From Trichoplax sp. H2 (lineage: Eukaryota), in the NCBI GenBank assembly GCA_003344405.1, contig NOWV01000194.1:1-64000 (forward strand): a stretch of 64,000 nt of DNA, read 5' to 3'. A program made the position numbers and the translations under genes. The notes beneath the pieces are model-generated. The model was not told where the DNA came from. It made no database searches and was given only the letters and a program-made list of their open reading frames with translations. Positions 13,201 to 28,300 of the stretch are shown piece by piece (within the stretch, counting starts at the first letter, position 1; every line of letters starts with the position of its first letter).

Positions 13201-13644
13201 ACATTTACAGTATATTTAAATACCCTCGTCAAATTTGTCCTCCTCCACATATCTCTTTAATTTTATCAATTATACATATACATACTTACTGATATTATCA
13301 ATAGTATCCGGTTAAACCTGGTTATTATACATAGAAATCAATGATTATCTGATATTATCAATAATCTCAGGGTAAACTTGGTTACAGCAATATCCATACT
13401 AACAGTATTTTCAATATTAGCCGTAACTGATTTAACTGTGACAAACTTCGACCTATTAATACTAAACGCTGAAAACAACTATTTTGGATCAAACAGTGGA
13501 TTTATGGTGTTGGCCATTCGTATTCGTAGCTATTTACTTCATCGAAAAGAGCTCGCCTGCTCGTGCTCTCATCGTTTATTTGAAGATTTTTGTTCCTAAA
13601 CTGTAAGTAGAGCTAATTATTCTCCTAGGTTGTCTATTATAATT

Positions 13645-14320
13645 ATGGATGTAAGCAAATCACTACGCGAAAAGGGCGGAAAATATAAAAATTACAATTA
13701 TCAACAAGCTCTATCATACTATAAACAAGCCGAAACTTTAATCGAGTTGATGCCCAGTGGTAGAAATGATGTTCATCAACTGGAATACACTATTTACATA
13801 AATTACAAAATGAAGTGAAGATTGCTAGATGCAAGGATAGGTGGGATAACATGAAACGATTTCTGGCTAATGGAAATGGCGCCTAGAAGGATTATACGGA
13901 ATCCTGTAATATGAAATTATGAAACACCGAAAATCCCTACGTCAGTAACTCTTATCATAAAATTGGCCTTGCCTACTTCCATCAAGGCAAATATAGCGAA
14001 GCTTTAAGCATGCATGAAAAATCACTGAAGACTACATTGAAATTTAATCCTCAGTGATTTTTCAAGAGATTTTCGCTGTTTCATAATTTTAATTTCAATT
14101 TACAGGATTCCGTATAATCCTTCAAGGCGAAAATAATTGCGACGTTGCTGCATTATATAACAATACTTGGGAAGTTTATAGCCAACAAGGCAAGTACAAC
14201 GACTCTCTATCGATGTTGAATAAATCATACAATATTAGGCTAATGACGCTTACAGCTAATTATCCTGATGTTGCGGAATCTTATTACAACATTGGAGTTG
14301 TCTATTAGAAGCAAGGTCTA
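13645..14320 (+). pseudogene. Tetratricopeptide-repeat (TPR) protein pseudogene
   Basis: Fragments read MDVSKSLREKGGKYKNYNYQQALSYYKQAE..., NTENPYVSNSYHKIGLAYFHQGKYSEALSMHEKSLKTTLK and GENNCDVAALYNNTWEVYSQQGKYNDSLSMLNKSYNIRLMTLTANYPDVAESYYNIGVVY*KQG. These are kinesin-light-chain-like 42-aa TPR units broken by stops, a frameshift and an inverted insert. Confidence 0.85.
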
Positions 14321-16319
14321 TTGAAAGGTCTATTAGAAGCAATTCCTACCTAATACTTGTTACTGTTACAAGATTTCATCGATTCAATATATTATCGCTT
14401 TCGTTGCATGGATAGAAAAAGAGAATGGCCAATAAAGTCAAAATACAGGACAAAATATCAACAGTTAGCAATACTATGGTAAGTCTGTATACAACATCGA
14501 TTATATTTTCTATTTCTAGGATTACTAAAAAACAAGCAGTTTTATTTATAAGATTACTATAAATTAATCTACTGAGATCGATTATAAAATACATATAAAA
14601 AATTAGCTCTTGTTTGGCAACGATTAATTAAGATAATAGTACTAGTAAAACTGGCATAGACAAAAATAAATCTCTACACTAATTGATACATTATATTTTA
14701 ACTCCAACAATCAATATTTATGTATATTACCTGAGTTAATACAACATGATTTAATAAAAAAGTTAATAGCTTTTACTGAAGCAAATCTGAAACATGTTTA
14801 ATTCAATCGAACTATGATTGATCCATTCTTAAATTCCTGATTCAAAAGTCAAAATTTGAACTTTTCAGTTTTTCATTTAAAACTAGACATAAACATGACT
14901 GAGCGATAGTAGGATTGCAACAAGCTATCTAACTAGCCAAGTCTGTTATGATTTTTCCATCAGTTCTTTGCACTAAGTTAATATAGCAGTCGCAATGAAT
15001 TAAAATCGCAGAAAATAAATCGGATTGTCCCATAATTTTACATTATAAGAGCTACCAGTTAACTAGAGATGTGTGCTGTTACTTTCGGTTGATCATGTTC
15101 TTAGATCGGCGACAACGCCATCCGTTGAGCATTTAATGCTATTAGTCAAGACCAAAGCCATCTATGTCTCAAAGAGGAATAAGATTTCAGGTGGTTTCTC
15201 CCGAGATACCTTCAATGCACTATTTATAATTAAATTGAATTAAGCCGGATATTTTAAGCCCTTCGTTATCAAACCATCAGATACAGGCAAATCGCTTATA
15301 TAAAGTTTTATTTTAGATTAACATAAAAATAGCTTGAATATATTGAAAAAGTAATTGTGTTCCACTACGTCTTGGAAAACTTGGCATATCCTGTAAATTA
15401 TTAGATGATGTAGTCTGACATTCCCTGAAAGATTAAATCTTTCTTCCTTTATTGCTAGATCATCAAGAGCAAGTACATTTTCTGGTGAAATATAGCAGTG
15501 AAGCTAAACATAGGTTCTATCATTTCCTCCCATATCTTGAATTCTCTATATGCTGTATATTTAGATACGATTCTTGTAATTAAAATCGTAGATTCTTATC
15601 ACGGCACGAACCACGATGAAGAGTAAATGACTAAATTTAGTGTTTAACATTTATATATGGAGATAACTAATGACTTACAGTAAGAACTACAGTAGTTATT
15701 ATTTTGTTACAGTAAATTATGCAGTAAGGAAGAGTTCTCATAAGGTAACTAATATTAATTAATGATAGTGTTGTCTTGTAACGCTTGTGATGAATATCCT
15801 GAAGATATTCAATTATAGATGATACCATAAATAATTCTGTGTGTGGACATACGGTAGTCTAATTATCTGGAATCGTTCAGTAAATATCCAAAATTATGAA
15901 CAATGTCTGTATTAATTTAGCTATCCAATATGAACTAAATTTCATGAACTGTTATGACTTATATATGATAGCTGCTGCCGAAGGGTATTTATTTTTTATT
16001 TAGACGATCAATCAGCCCAATCAAAAATAAATTTATCTTGTTTATTCTGCCAAAAACATGCCCATTAACTTCTTTTAAAAAGGAATTTATAAAAAACTAT
16101 TTCACCTTTCCAATATAATTTACCACACGGATATATCTACACGTATTAAATATGTTCTATGACGATTTTATAGGCAATATTTTATCAATAGTACAGTATT
16201 TAAGCAACGAATTAAAAATTACAGGCGTTGATTAATTACAAATTTTCGTGCTAATAAATACAATTCCATTAATCATCCAGATAATAGTAAATAATCAATC
16301 CGGTATAAAAAAGATCAAG

Positions 16320-19300
16320 TTAATTATCTAAAATGGTTTGACCATGCTCTTTAATTATCTTTCTAACCACATTAGTAATACCCTTACTACACTCTTCATC
16401 GATCATTTTACTTAATCCTACAACGCGACTAGCACCCTGCAATGGTAATAATCATAAATACGAGTTATATAATATTAAGTCACGATAGATGTCGTTTGCG
16501 TAAGCAACAAGATGATCTATATTAGATATGAAGTGTATGATCTACCTGCAAGAGTAATTTTCCTATTCTAGGTTGTATTATAAAAGTCGCCATAATATCA
16601 TCAGTTACCCGCCATTTCTACCACGCAAAAAATAGATATAACAGCCAGAAGTAAATATGGATTGACAAGGTTTGCTTAATATATGCACTTCATTAGTAGT
16701 ATAGTTCTACTTACAGCTGCAAGATCTTCCGTTAGTAAAAATAAATCAGTTAAAGCGCGAGCTAAAGGGCAGAATGAACAATCGCCTAAAATAGTATTCA
16801 AAGATGGAGCAATACAACACTCAGAAAATAGTAATACTATACTATAAAGAATTCAAAATACGTTGTTACTTACTGCGGTCATCCAGTGTATGGCAGTATA
16901 GAAACCATAACCGTTTTAATTGTGTTAGATCAATTTGCTTCTTTATTTCAGTAACAGAAATGGAATCTTCTTCTGATTCTTTAATACTATATCCAACAGT
17001 GTTACGTTACTTTCAAACATAAATTTCTGAAATAATATAATTGAAAAGGTCCAAGACAACCAACCTCGAAACTAATTCTAATAACTTTAGTAATAATTTA
17101 ACCGCCATTAATCTCCAATAGGATGTATGAATAGCGGCAGCTTTAATAAGATTCATCCATAATCCATTTAACGGTAACTGCCTTTAAATAAAATATAATT
17201 TCTGTTATAAAAACATAACCTTGTTTAAACTATCAATACCCTTATCAAAACCTATAATTTAGTCCTTTTACTCACTTCAACTTCGATGTTGTTTGTGACA
17301 GTAAAATGCATAATAACTTATAGCCGACATCAAATCTAGAATGAATCAGTTACAAACTTAAATATTAGTTATACAACATTTACAACAATCACCAATAATA
17401 TATACTTGTCTAATTCTCCTCCAACAACAGTAAATTTCCAACCCCAATCACCACCGCTACATTGACATGTAAACTTGAAATGGACCGTATCACCTAAAGC
17501 ACAGGTTATATTATACTTGTGTTAACTAATCTTCGGTAAACTATGTTATTGGAATAAATTATATCTCACATACATAGCTCGACTATCCTTACCCGGCAAA
17601 ATTATTTTATCCCATGGACCTGCCCCTGAAAAGTCGTGTCTATTTTCTTGAAAACTGCTCGATGTAGCCAATGTTAAGATATCACAATCTCTTTCTGTTA
17701 TACATCTATTGGAGAATAGAGATACAGGATGCATGAATACCGTAATCAACGTGATGCCACATAATGTAACAGATTTATACTTACTGAGAGTCAAAAAATA
17801 CCATTAACCAGTTGGAATTTTCAATTTTAAAGCTATCCTGATTATTACAAAATTGAGAGATATTAAATAAAACGATGGAGGAACATTTGCGTTATGTAGA
17901 ATTTTAATATATTCGTAGTAAATATTACGTTTGTCTCATCATCATTATCGTAATCGTGACTCGATTCCCGAGTCTTGAAAGTAAGTTTTGCATTTGACAT
18001 CGATGCGGAAGCAGACAAATAAAGCGAAAGAACGACATGCGGTTCGGCCCATTTAACAATATTTTTCACAATCTACCAATCGAGATTTAGATGTAAAATT
18101 TAGTCCTTTAATACGATACATCAATAATTTCTTAATCCTTTCTACAATGATACTTGATTAACAAATCTGAATATAAAATACCATTTCAAACGTTTGAGAA
18201 TCATCAGCTTGAAAAAGTAGGCAAAAAAATTGCGTCAAATCAACACCAAATGATGGTCCTAAAAGATTCTCACTAATTGATCGATTTCTGGGCCAGTTTG
18301 CAAAAACAAAACTGACAATTTTTCTTGCATATAGCACCGATGCTGCATGAGCAATCTTTAAGAGCGTATATAAAAGTATTAATATTACCAACCAATCAAA
18401 AATATCTCAGAAATGAATCCTTTCATTTTTGTAATACCTCAATAGCGCGACTATCATTATAACTTGCTAAACGCTTCAATTCTTTTGATAACAGCTCTGA
18501 AGATTCCGCACAATTGTGATCAAGAATCATCTTCCATATACATAGATAAAAATCAACAATTAACACATTGGCGATATATCAGAACACACCTTATCGACAT
18601 TAAATCGACTCTTTCCTACCCGCTTCATTTCCTTATCGGTATATTCGGCAATTAAATTTGGTGACAAATCTGACCGTTCCGGGGTAAAAGTGATTCTAAG
18701 AGTTAAAGTATGTAACAGTTAATGAGGATTTTCTCATTTCGTAATATATTTTACTTGACTAAAGTAATTAATAAGTTTAGTACATCAATCGCACTTAGAA
18801 TCGCATAAATAATTCATTATCCACAGAATTAGATAAATGAGCATATTTACCCGTCATCAGATTCAAGAATGCTAGATGTTCTACTAGTAATCCAATTTGT
18901 GGCCCCATCATCAGATAAGAGAGCTTTATTATTGCTGGCTTCATTAGGCATCCTTAATAAAGTGAACGCCATATTAATTCAGAATCAAGTAGCATGAATA
19001 GTATAGCCTTGCAGTATCTCAAACCCAGATGCCGTAAACTGTAGTACTTTATTATCAAAAGTTGATCATACCATTGCTTTGCTAACTGTTTGATCTCATC
19101 AGTAAATTCCATTCCATCATTCGTATATCTGGTTTATAAATGATAATTGACAGTAAATTACAATTTATGGTCATTTTAGGATAGCTATCCTAACATCTAT
19201 AGCAGTTATTTAACCTCCGTTGTACTTCATCAATAAATTGAGTCAAATTCGATCCTAACGATTCAAACATGGCACGTAGAAACGCAACAGGAGCATTTAA

Positions 19301-22300
19301 AGCTTCATGGATGGTCTGGAATATAAAATATTCTTTTCGAGTTTAATTATACTGAATTCAAATCAATTAGCAAAGACAACAATGCCATAAAAACCTGAAT
19401 GCCATCTCTAGCTTCAGGTGGTAATCCTTCCAGTGGATCTATTACTTTACTATCTTTAGGATCTTGATCCGGCTTAGCATCATCGAATGAACTATCATCG
19501 GAATGACTGCTACTACTACTAACGCTAGCGCTATCGTCACCGCTAAATACTTCTTCTTCATTCACTTCCTTACTATCGGTTCCGGCAGTAGCTGTCATAG
19601 ATGTTTTACGTGCATAAATGGCTAATAGCTAAAGTAAGGATAATAAATGCTAAATTATTTACAAAAAGTAAATGTCTATATTTGATAATAATAATAGAAA
19701 TTAATGCTCTACCTCTAAGTCTTCTACAATCCAATTCTTATCGATAGATACAGCCTCACAACTTAATTGAAAAATGCAGCCAATCACGTTATCGATAATC
19801 AGATCAAAAGTTTCACTATCAGGGACCTAGTAAATAAGAGAATTCTTTCATCAGCATAGTTAATAAACTTCTGTTAAGTAAAATAAGCGATAATTGTTGA
19901 AACCTACATTGAGACATTGATACACATTCTTTAAAATATATAATAATATTAATTCGCTTTCAAATGATCTTTCGGAATCTATACAAATTTTGCATTACGT
20001 TAGTTACTTTTAATCTAAAAGAAACGTTTATACAGTAATGTTTCTACCTTGACATTTATTTTTGTAACAAGTCACTATGGATCGCAAAACAGAATTATAC
20101 ATCATTTGCGTTGCATGGCAATTATTAAGATCTCCTTTAATTTTTAAACTACTAGCGGGTACCTAATAAAAGTCAACGAAGTAAGATTATAATTAACAAT
20201 ATTGCAGACCTTCATAACAATTGGACTAAGCAAAAATGCCGAGAGCAAGTAACTTACTATTCTTCGAATGTGCGATCGTAAATCACATGTTAGACACTCG
20301 GATCGCTCAAAATATTTATAAAGTATAACTACCGGCTTAGAACCAACCAAAGTATCGCTTTGAGTACAAATTGAGCCGGGAAATGGAATCTAGATAATCA
20401 ATTAAGCAATACTTCTTGAGTATTAGCGTACAAATTACACATAATTAAATATCGCAATCTTTCAAACCTTTGGGAAACCAGCTAAAGATATCAAAGCGGC
20501 AATGGTTGATTGAGAATCAGAAATCTAAATAGAAATAAGAATTTTATATCAGTTATATAGTCACAATTACCGAAACTGTAGGTGCATTACTATATCTGTA
20601 TACCTGCACCTACGAACAACAAGCCCAATCTTAGCTCTTACCTCTGTTAAACATCGTATAATGTAATTAAATAAAACAGATGACCACAGAGATGAATTCT
20701 TTAAGCTCAGTAAGACAGAAGCCACGCCATAAATACTAGTGAAATCACACCTAAATACAGCATAACATATCGTACATCCAATTTTATAATCACAAATTAT
20801 AACATGTACAGACTCAGGGTTCTCAAATCTTTACAATACCTGTTTAGTGATTTCTTTATCATTGAGAATAGGAAATCTAAGGTTGCATCGGCAGTCACTG
20901 TTTGTTGTAGAATATGTCTTTGCTCTGTCTTTGGCTTGCTTGACTTCATAAGTACTGTCGAGACCGCTTTATCAGCAACCTACGATTTTAAAATTTAGTC
21001 AACGCTAACCATGAATGCGGTGCCTAATTTTATCATTCTTTTGCCTTTTAAAATCTGGTAAAGAAAGTCTAGGAAAGCTAATTAAATTCTAAATTTACAT
21101 TACCTGAGGGTTTGTCCATTTCATATAATGCATTAAGACACCGTAGCACAACGAACTCACTTCTTTACTGAAAAGATTATCCCTAAATAATTGGCAATAG
21201 AAGTGCTAGGGTTTAAAATCGCTTATTTAGAAGGTGCAATCTAAAGCTATCAATACAATAACGAAGTCGCAGTAAATATATAATATCAGTATTGTTCTGT
21301 TTCCCAAATTTTCAACTTTTAATTTCGTTTATTCACTTAGTGTACCCTATCATTGCTAATAGAGCCGGTAAGAGGAATTCTGAAATCTGACTAGCTTCCT
21401 TTATTAAGTCATCATCATCTCTTCTCTCCTGAATATACGATAGTTAGATTTACAGTAATATTAATCGCCAAACCTACCGTCTATAATTATACACGCTTAA
21501 AGAAATCAAAGAAATGTACAAAATCATCAGCATAAGTACTTACAGTAATGAGCATAGTTGATATTAATCCTAATACACGATCCTGACAGCAAGAGCTGAA
21601 ATATTTAACTTTTTGAGCAAAAGTAAACTGCCCTTTATGATGAGTGTTCCTATGGATTGAAAGCATAATTGTTAGGCGGCATGGTCTTACGAACGTGGTA
21701 TTTATCAATAGCCTTGCATAAAAAATTTACCCGTGCTCATGTGCAGAAGAATTTTCAACGTAATTTTTGGCTTCGAGGCCTTTTTCATTATTTTCAGCAG
21801 AATTAGACGGATACTGCTTGAAGGCTACACTTTCGGTTGTGGAATCGCTAATGTCTAAAGGAACCGTAATCGACAGAGATTCTTTATCACTCTTAGGATG
21901 TGCCAAGGTATCTGTAATAATATGCACTGAGATCAGCAATGTGGAATAAAGAATTTATTACCAAGGGAAAAATCCTTACCAAAAGTAGAAGAAGAGTTTT
22001 CTAAACCGCCAATGATTAGCTCAAGACAGCGATTAGCGATTTGGTCAGAAGCTTCCCTATATGCAGTAACTTCTATAATAAATTAAAAGTCAAACAAAAG
22101 TTAACATTACTGCCTTAGTGTAATTCTAATGAGATAACCAATCATTACTTTGAAAAAATAGAAATAACTAGATTGTATAATGTCTTTGATTAAGATTGTA
22201 ATGCCTAAATTTTTTTTTGGAGAAACTACGTAATGTAAATTACCAGATATTTTCAACTTAGAATTTGCAGCATATATTGCCAATCCGGTGAAGAGATTCC

Positions 22301-25300
22301 AGCTGTAATTATGTAAGTAGGTCCTTAATGGCTCTAGCGTTCTTTTCTTCTGAAATTTAGCTATAATTTATAAGATATAGAAATAAAGTTATCAATTCAT
22401 ACAATTTAAACTAAATGCATAAATACAGTATAGAGCGACCAACTTTGAGTGAATTTACCTATTTTAGTGGTTAATTTCGTTACACTATCAGATGAGCATC
22501 CAGCGTGCCTGTTAAAAAAACGATATTCTTATCAACCATAACATACAGCAACAAACTTAAAGAAATTACCAAGCGCACTTACTCGGTATTATAAATTCCG
22601 GCGTTAAAGCAGCCGTAGCACCATATAACATTACAGGAGCTGCACATTACTTTAGTTCCAATTATAAATGATCTACAAGAATGACAGATTGTACTACCGC
22701 CAAAAACAAAGGGAACGCATATTAGTTTAAGATTAGAAGAATCATTATATCAACTAAAGTAGGAGTACATCTGAACAAATTTATCAATCGACGTTAAGAT
22801 TCTTAAACAAAATATCTCCTTTATACCAAGTTATTAACTAACCAGAATTCAACAACTTCATATTCACCCATATGTTCCTCAGGTCTTACACCAGCTATTA
22901 ATGATAGACAATTAAGATTTTTTAAGTGATATTAATTGCAAATAATATACAATTTCATAGATACGTACTTTACAATACAGATAAAAAGAAATAAAACTTA
23001 CAAATATAACAATCCGTGCACAAATCTAGATCCCGGCACGTTAGGGATCTAAAGCGCCTACCAGATACTATTCTTTCGCAACCGTCGCATGAAATTTTAA
23101 CGTCCATTACGTCACTATTTTGTGCAATAAACATATGTACTTCCTATAATTATATAAGGACATTTGTAAGTACAAATTCTTTTCCCTTATAAACATGGAA
23201 GTTGATCAAAGATGCTGCCAATCATCTAAGGACTATCCATAATAACCCTATTTAATGTATTTAACCTTATTTGCGTCCGAAAGTTCAGAAAATTCACTGA
23301 ACCAATTATCGAAGTCTTTAACTGCTTCCTTAGCATAGCTTCTGTGCTGACGATATGTATCTAATTCGTTTGGATTTTCCCTTGTTCCAACTAAGGCAGG
23401 AACAAATGCCGTATCTATTAAAATCAGATCAAAATCGAGTAATGATTTATTACATTTAAGTACATCGCTCTGCTGAAAGTACTATTTAAGTACTTTACAA
23501 GCTTAAAATTTGCAATAAAGCGTTAGTAATGATCTGTGTATGATATCTGAACCATTTTAACGTGTAGGAAACATAGAATACCTATTGTGATCCTAAATAA
23601 TGTCTCTGCAGCGTTAATTTCCTGAAGAAACTTAAAATCTTCCATCTGTTATATTTGCAAATACTTGGATTAGCATAGATAAAATTAAGTCTAAACGCTT
23701 GAGTGGATGCTTTAATAGATTCTAATTAATACTAGTGCAGTGAAAGCCACTGATAAAATACCTTCCACTGGATAAGCATTAATCGCGTAAATAAAAATAG
23801 AATAATTTCGTATCCACTTTTTCTAATAAGAGAAATAATGGTAAAAACAATGTTAAAACACATAACATTAACAACTACTAAATTATCTAGGCGGCACAGT
23901 ACTCACCTTTCATTCTTGGATAATAATTTTTGTACATATCTAATCAAGTATCTGACAAGAGAATAAAATGTCCTTCGAATTCCTTTCTCAAGTTCTAAAC
24001 CGCAACCTTCTACACCATCTAGAAAGTGAGAAGGAAAGTCTTTTTGATCTTGCAATAAGTATTCTAAAAATACAATAGCTGGAAGACTAGTTGTATCCTC
24101 TTTCATTAAGGCTTTAAGATATTCCGTCGCTTGATTAAATGTATGTATAAGATTTTTAGCTCGATAAGTACGAGCATGAAATGATTCTTCCACTTCGTTA
24201 ACGTTAATTTTACTACTTCGAATGAATCCAAGAATGATTTTGAAATTATCCCGAAGGTAATCTAACTCATTAGACGTCAATTTCTGAAACGAAAAAAACA
24301 TATCATATCATAGTATCACGATTTTGTTTAACACGATACATACATCGGTTAGCATACAACATGCAATTATAATAACAGCTCGTCATACTTCTAATGATGC
24401 AGGAACTACTTTAATTCCAAAATGAAGTCTTAATTTCTGATGTAATTGTCTTTTCTCATTCACAGTCAAATTTCCGTGACTTTTAGCTAGAGTAGCTATA
24501 TTGGATGGCTGACTTGATAGTTTAAGCAAGAATTGGGCCTTGTTCCAACAAGAGATAACTATAGAGGTAGATTTTAACAACAATGTAGTCACAAAGTTAA
24601 TTTCGATTCCACGGTAGGATAACAAATGACTGGGTAGACTGTAGAAATCTTTATCAATCAGTGAAAATAACAAGATTGAATCGAATGAAAACTAACCATA
24701 ATCATCACTAGTGCTGGTGTTCAATTCATCTCCAACAGAATTATTATTTATGTCTGAAGTATCCTGAGAAGCAATTATTCTCTGTTTCCGGCTAACCTGT
24801 TATCAAAATTATCATGATTCAATGTAAACGTAAGAATTTCTTACATCAATTTGAGTTACAAATAATTGCTTACAAGATCCTTTCTAAAATTTTCAGCCGC
24901 TGCCATGGCACATAAAATGCCTGGTGGTATCATGGCTGGAGATTGATCAGCATTTACTAAAGGAAATAAAATGATCGAGAGAGATAATTACTACCGTGAA
25001 TGCTTCCTTTATCGTATCTCCGTCTTGATATTGTCTGCGAGCTGTCTTTATTGTTGGTATATTTTATTTAATTCATTATTAAATACATCAAAATCTGAAA
25101 ACATTTATTTATGTTGACGAATAATACTGTTATTAGTTTGCTGCCATGGCAATTAAAAGTAGTCCTGCTTCGCTTAATTAATGAAATATATTAGGACGCA
25201 TTTTCAATCGAAGAGTACCATACCCATAGTATGTACTACGTACACACTATTGAGTAATTAGGTAGCATAAATCGATAGTATGTTAGTTACCTATTTTTAA

Positions 25301-28300
25301 AATATCATCACGTAAATACTGATTGTGCCAGATCAAGGCTGCAAATGTAGCATCCACGGTACAATTGACTAAATTTCCTCCAATACTTTGATACCCCAAG
25401 ATCTTTCGACATCTAGACAACAGTTACAAGTAAATATAGTTAATTTTAATGTTCTAATAGCAAAATATGCATAGTAACTAAAATTAAAAAAAAAATAGGT
25501 TATTTTCATTATCTTACCGCTTTAATAGTTTCTCTGCGTCACCCTCGTTTTTCGCTAAATCCGATATGAATTCAAATGAGGATGATGACTTGCTTCCTTC
25601 AGACGACTAAATCATTAGTAACAGATAATAGAAATAAATACGTAAAAGCCTTTGAATTGAATAAAAGGTCCTTCAGGACATGTGACAGCGTAAGCATCGG
25701 ACCGAATATACACGAAAACTATATCAATGAATCTAATTTGTGACATACGTGGTATCCTGACAAACTCCTCGTAAGCGTTTTACCAACTTCGATTCCACCA
25801 CGGAATATAGTTTGCCATATTTTATTATCCTCTAAAGTAGGCTCATCGGTTGTTGATGTAGTATCTTTAGTTAATAACTTTCGTCGAGATGAGCCTAGCC
25901 AGTATAATAGTAGATTTATACTTCCAACTATTCGGCATGCAAAATAGCCTACAAAAACTGTATGTATCGCATCATTAAGAAAATCTCACCGATATAGAGC
26001 TCTCTACATAGAAATCCGATTAAACGTCCATGGCTTAAAAACAAATCGAATAACCAAGGCAAAGAAGCTAGCTTATAACCAAAAGCAGATACCTATTTTG
26101 ACAGCAAAATAAACGTTAGTATACTATAAACCGTAAGTGGTTGTGATTAGAGCTGAAATATCGACACCAAATCACCCTAATGTGTTTAGACATGCTTAAT
26201 ACGTTCTTACTGTTACCTTAAATTTATAACCCCAGTCCGTATTAGAACTATCCGAATTGAAAGTAAATCGTAAGTTGTGCCCTTGAAATGTTGCTTTAGT
26301 TGGCCATTTTTCAAATCCAACTTTATAATCAAACCGTTTTGTGTTTCCAGTCTTATCGACAAATTCTAAGTAATCGAAACTAGGATAAAAAATTATGCAA
26401 AAGAAAAGTAAGAAAATGACAGCAATATTGACTTCCGGTAGCTTCCAATTATAAAGATCTGTAGTTTTATGATAAATGTAATTTTGATTTTAACGAACCT
26501 ACGCTCGGTTCTGCATCTTTCATCAAATTCAACTACAAACGAATGCGCACCCGGACAATAAAATGTCTGTTCCGACATAAAAATTAATACTGAGCACGCC
26601 GTGTCCACAACTTTCATTTGATTAAGTAAATAAAACAAAATTAAACCGCTGTAATGACTGACCTTTGTAACATGCAAGTTGTTTTCGTAGTTGTGGTTTG
26701 ATTCTTCATTCCAAATACGAAGTTCCACCTTGTCCTCAACACATTCCCAAGCAAGATCGTTCAGCTAGTTAAATAGAAGCGATGTAAACGTTACTATTGT
26801 CTTGAAATGAAGCATAAAATTGGTAGTCACATGATTATATCACAAACCGTAAAAAACAACTTCGGTAGGACAGCTGCCAATTTAATCAATTTTACAGTGA
26901 TTGGTTGGAATGTATCTACGACAAACTTATGAATTGTATTGACTTCCTTAACTATGAAAGGAAGTAGTAACATCTGCAAAAATTACACAAATGAATAAGT
27001 CATCACTTTCGATTTACGCGCAAGGCTTAAAATTTAGAGTACAAAACCAAATTTTTTTCTGGCACCATTGCTACAGTAGTTGATGTAATTACTTACTAAT
27101 TCTCTGCATGTCACTGAAAGAAATGTGTGTCTTGTCCATAGAACTACTTGCTCCTATATATTAAAAAGAAATTTAAGATAAGCGATATTTGAAATTAAAA
27201 GTAAGTAGAAATTCAGGGTATCTTAATCATATCATTTCCGGTAGCTTACTGTTGCGAATATGAGAGTCATTCTTATGTCAAGACAATACTAAACGAACAA
27301 TAAGTTACCTTGTTGACGGCATCTTGCAATAGTACTTCTAAACATATATTCATTCTTTTAACAACAACGGTTGTATCTAAAATGCGATAACAACAAAATT
27401 GCAATGTTCTCAAGATACAATGCCATTTTATAAAAGAGATTGGATAAACATTCTGATTAAATTATAGGACAATTACGGAACTAACATTTATTAATAAGAT
27501 CTTCAATTTGACGACGTATTTTTATATCAGTAATTGGCTTTCGTAGCTGATTATAACACCAAGAGAACAGGTATCTTTGCAATACATTAAGTAGTTGCGT
27601 AATACCAGTGGGTTTATATTCTTCATCATGATAGTGGTATGCTCGCATAATTGATTCACACTAAAATTTAGAAAATAGTTCCAATTAGACAAACAATAAA
27701 TTCTAGTCCATAGTAACATCAATATAACTATTACAATTTCATGAAACTTTATAGATAACATTTCTAATTGGATTTATATATTGGAATAGTATCATTTGTG
27801 CAATTGATTATTATAACAATCTCAATTAAATTCCGTTACAGAGCTACATATTTATAATCATACCTCTCGGAAGGATAATTCCAACACCTTCTGGATAATC
27901 TTTAGGGCATGTGATAAATCGCTTTCCTAACAAAGATTAATTTTTTAAGTCATATCATTTAGCCTTTCATTCTACATATCTGCTTACAAATTATGAGTAA
28001 GGAAATAAGAGCTTATCGAACTATTTCTTACAGATGTTACATTCTCAGGTAATTTTAGAAGAAACATAGCATGACCAGATATAAAATAACGGCAGAGCGA
28101 TCTTAAGGTTACGGCTACTGAATGATCCGATCTTCGTCCCTAACAGAATAGCGTAATAACATTTTGCAATTTCACATAGATCGACAAGATATTTAATAAC
28201 TACAATTGAAGATAGTGACAACACAATAATCGATTTTAAGTATTAACCGTTGAAATTTTTATCTTTAATTCATCGAGAAGTTCAGCTAAGTATTGACAAC

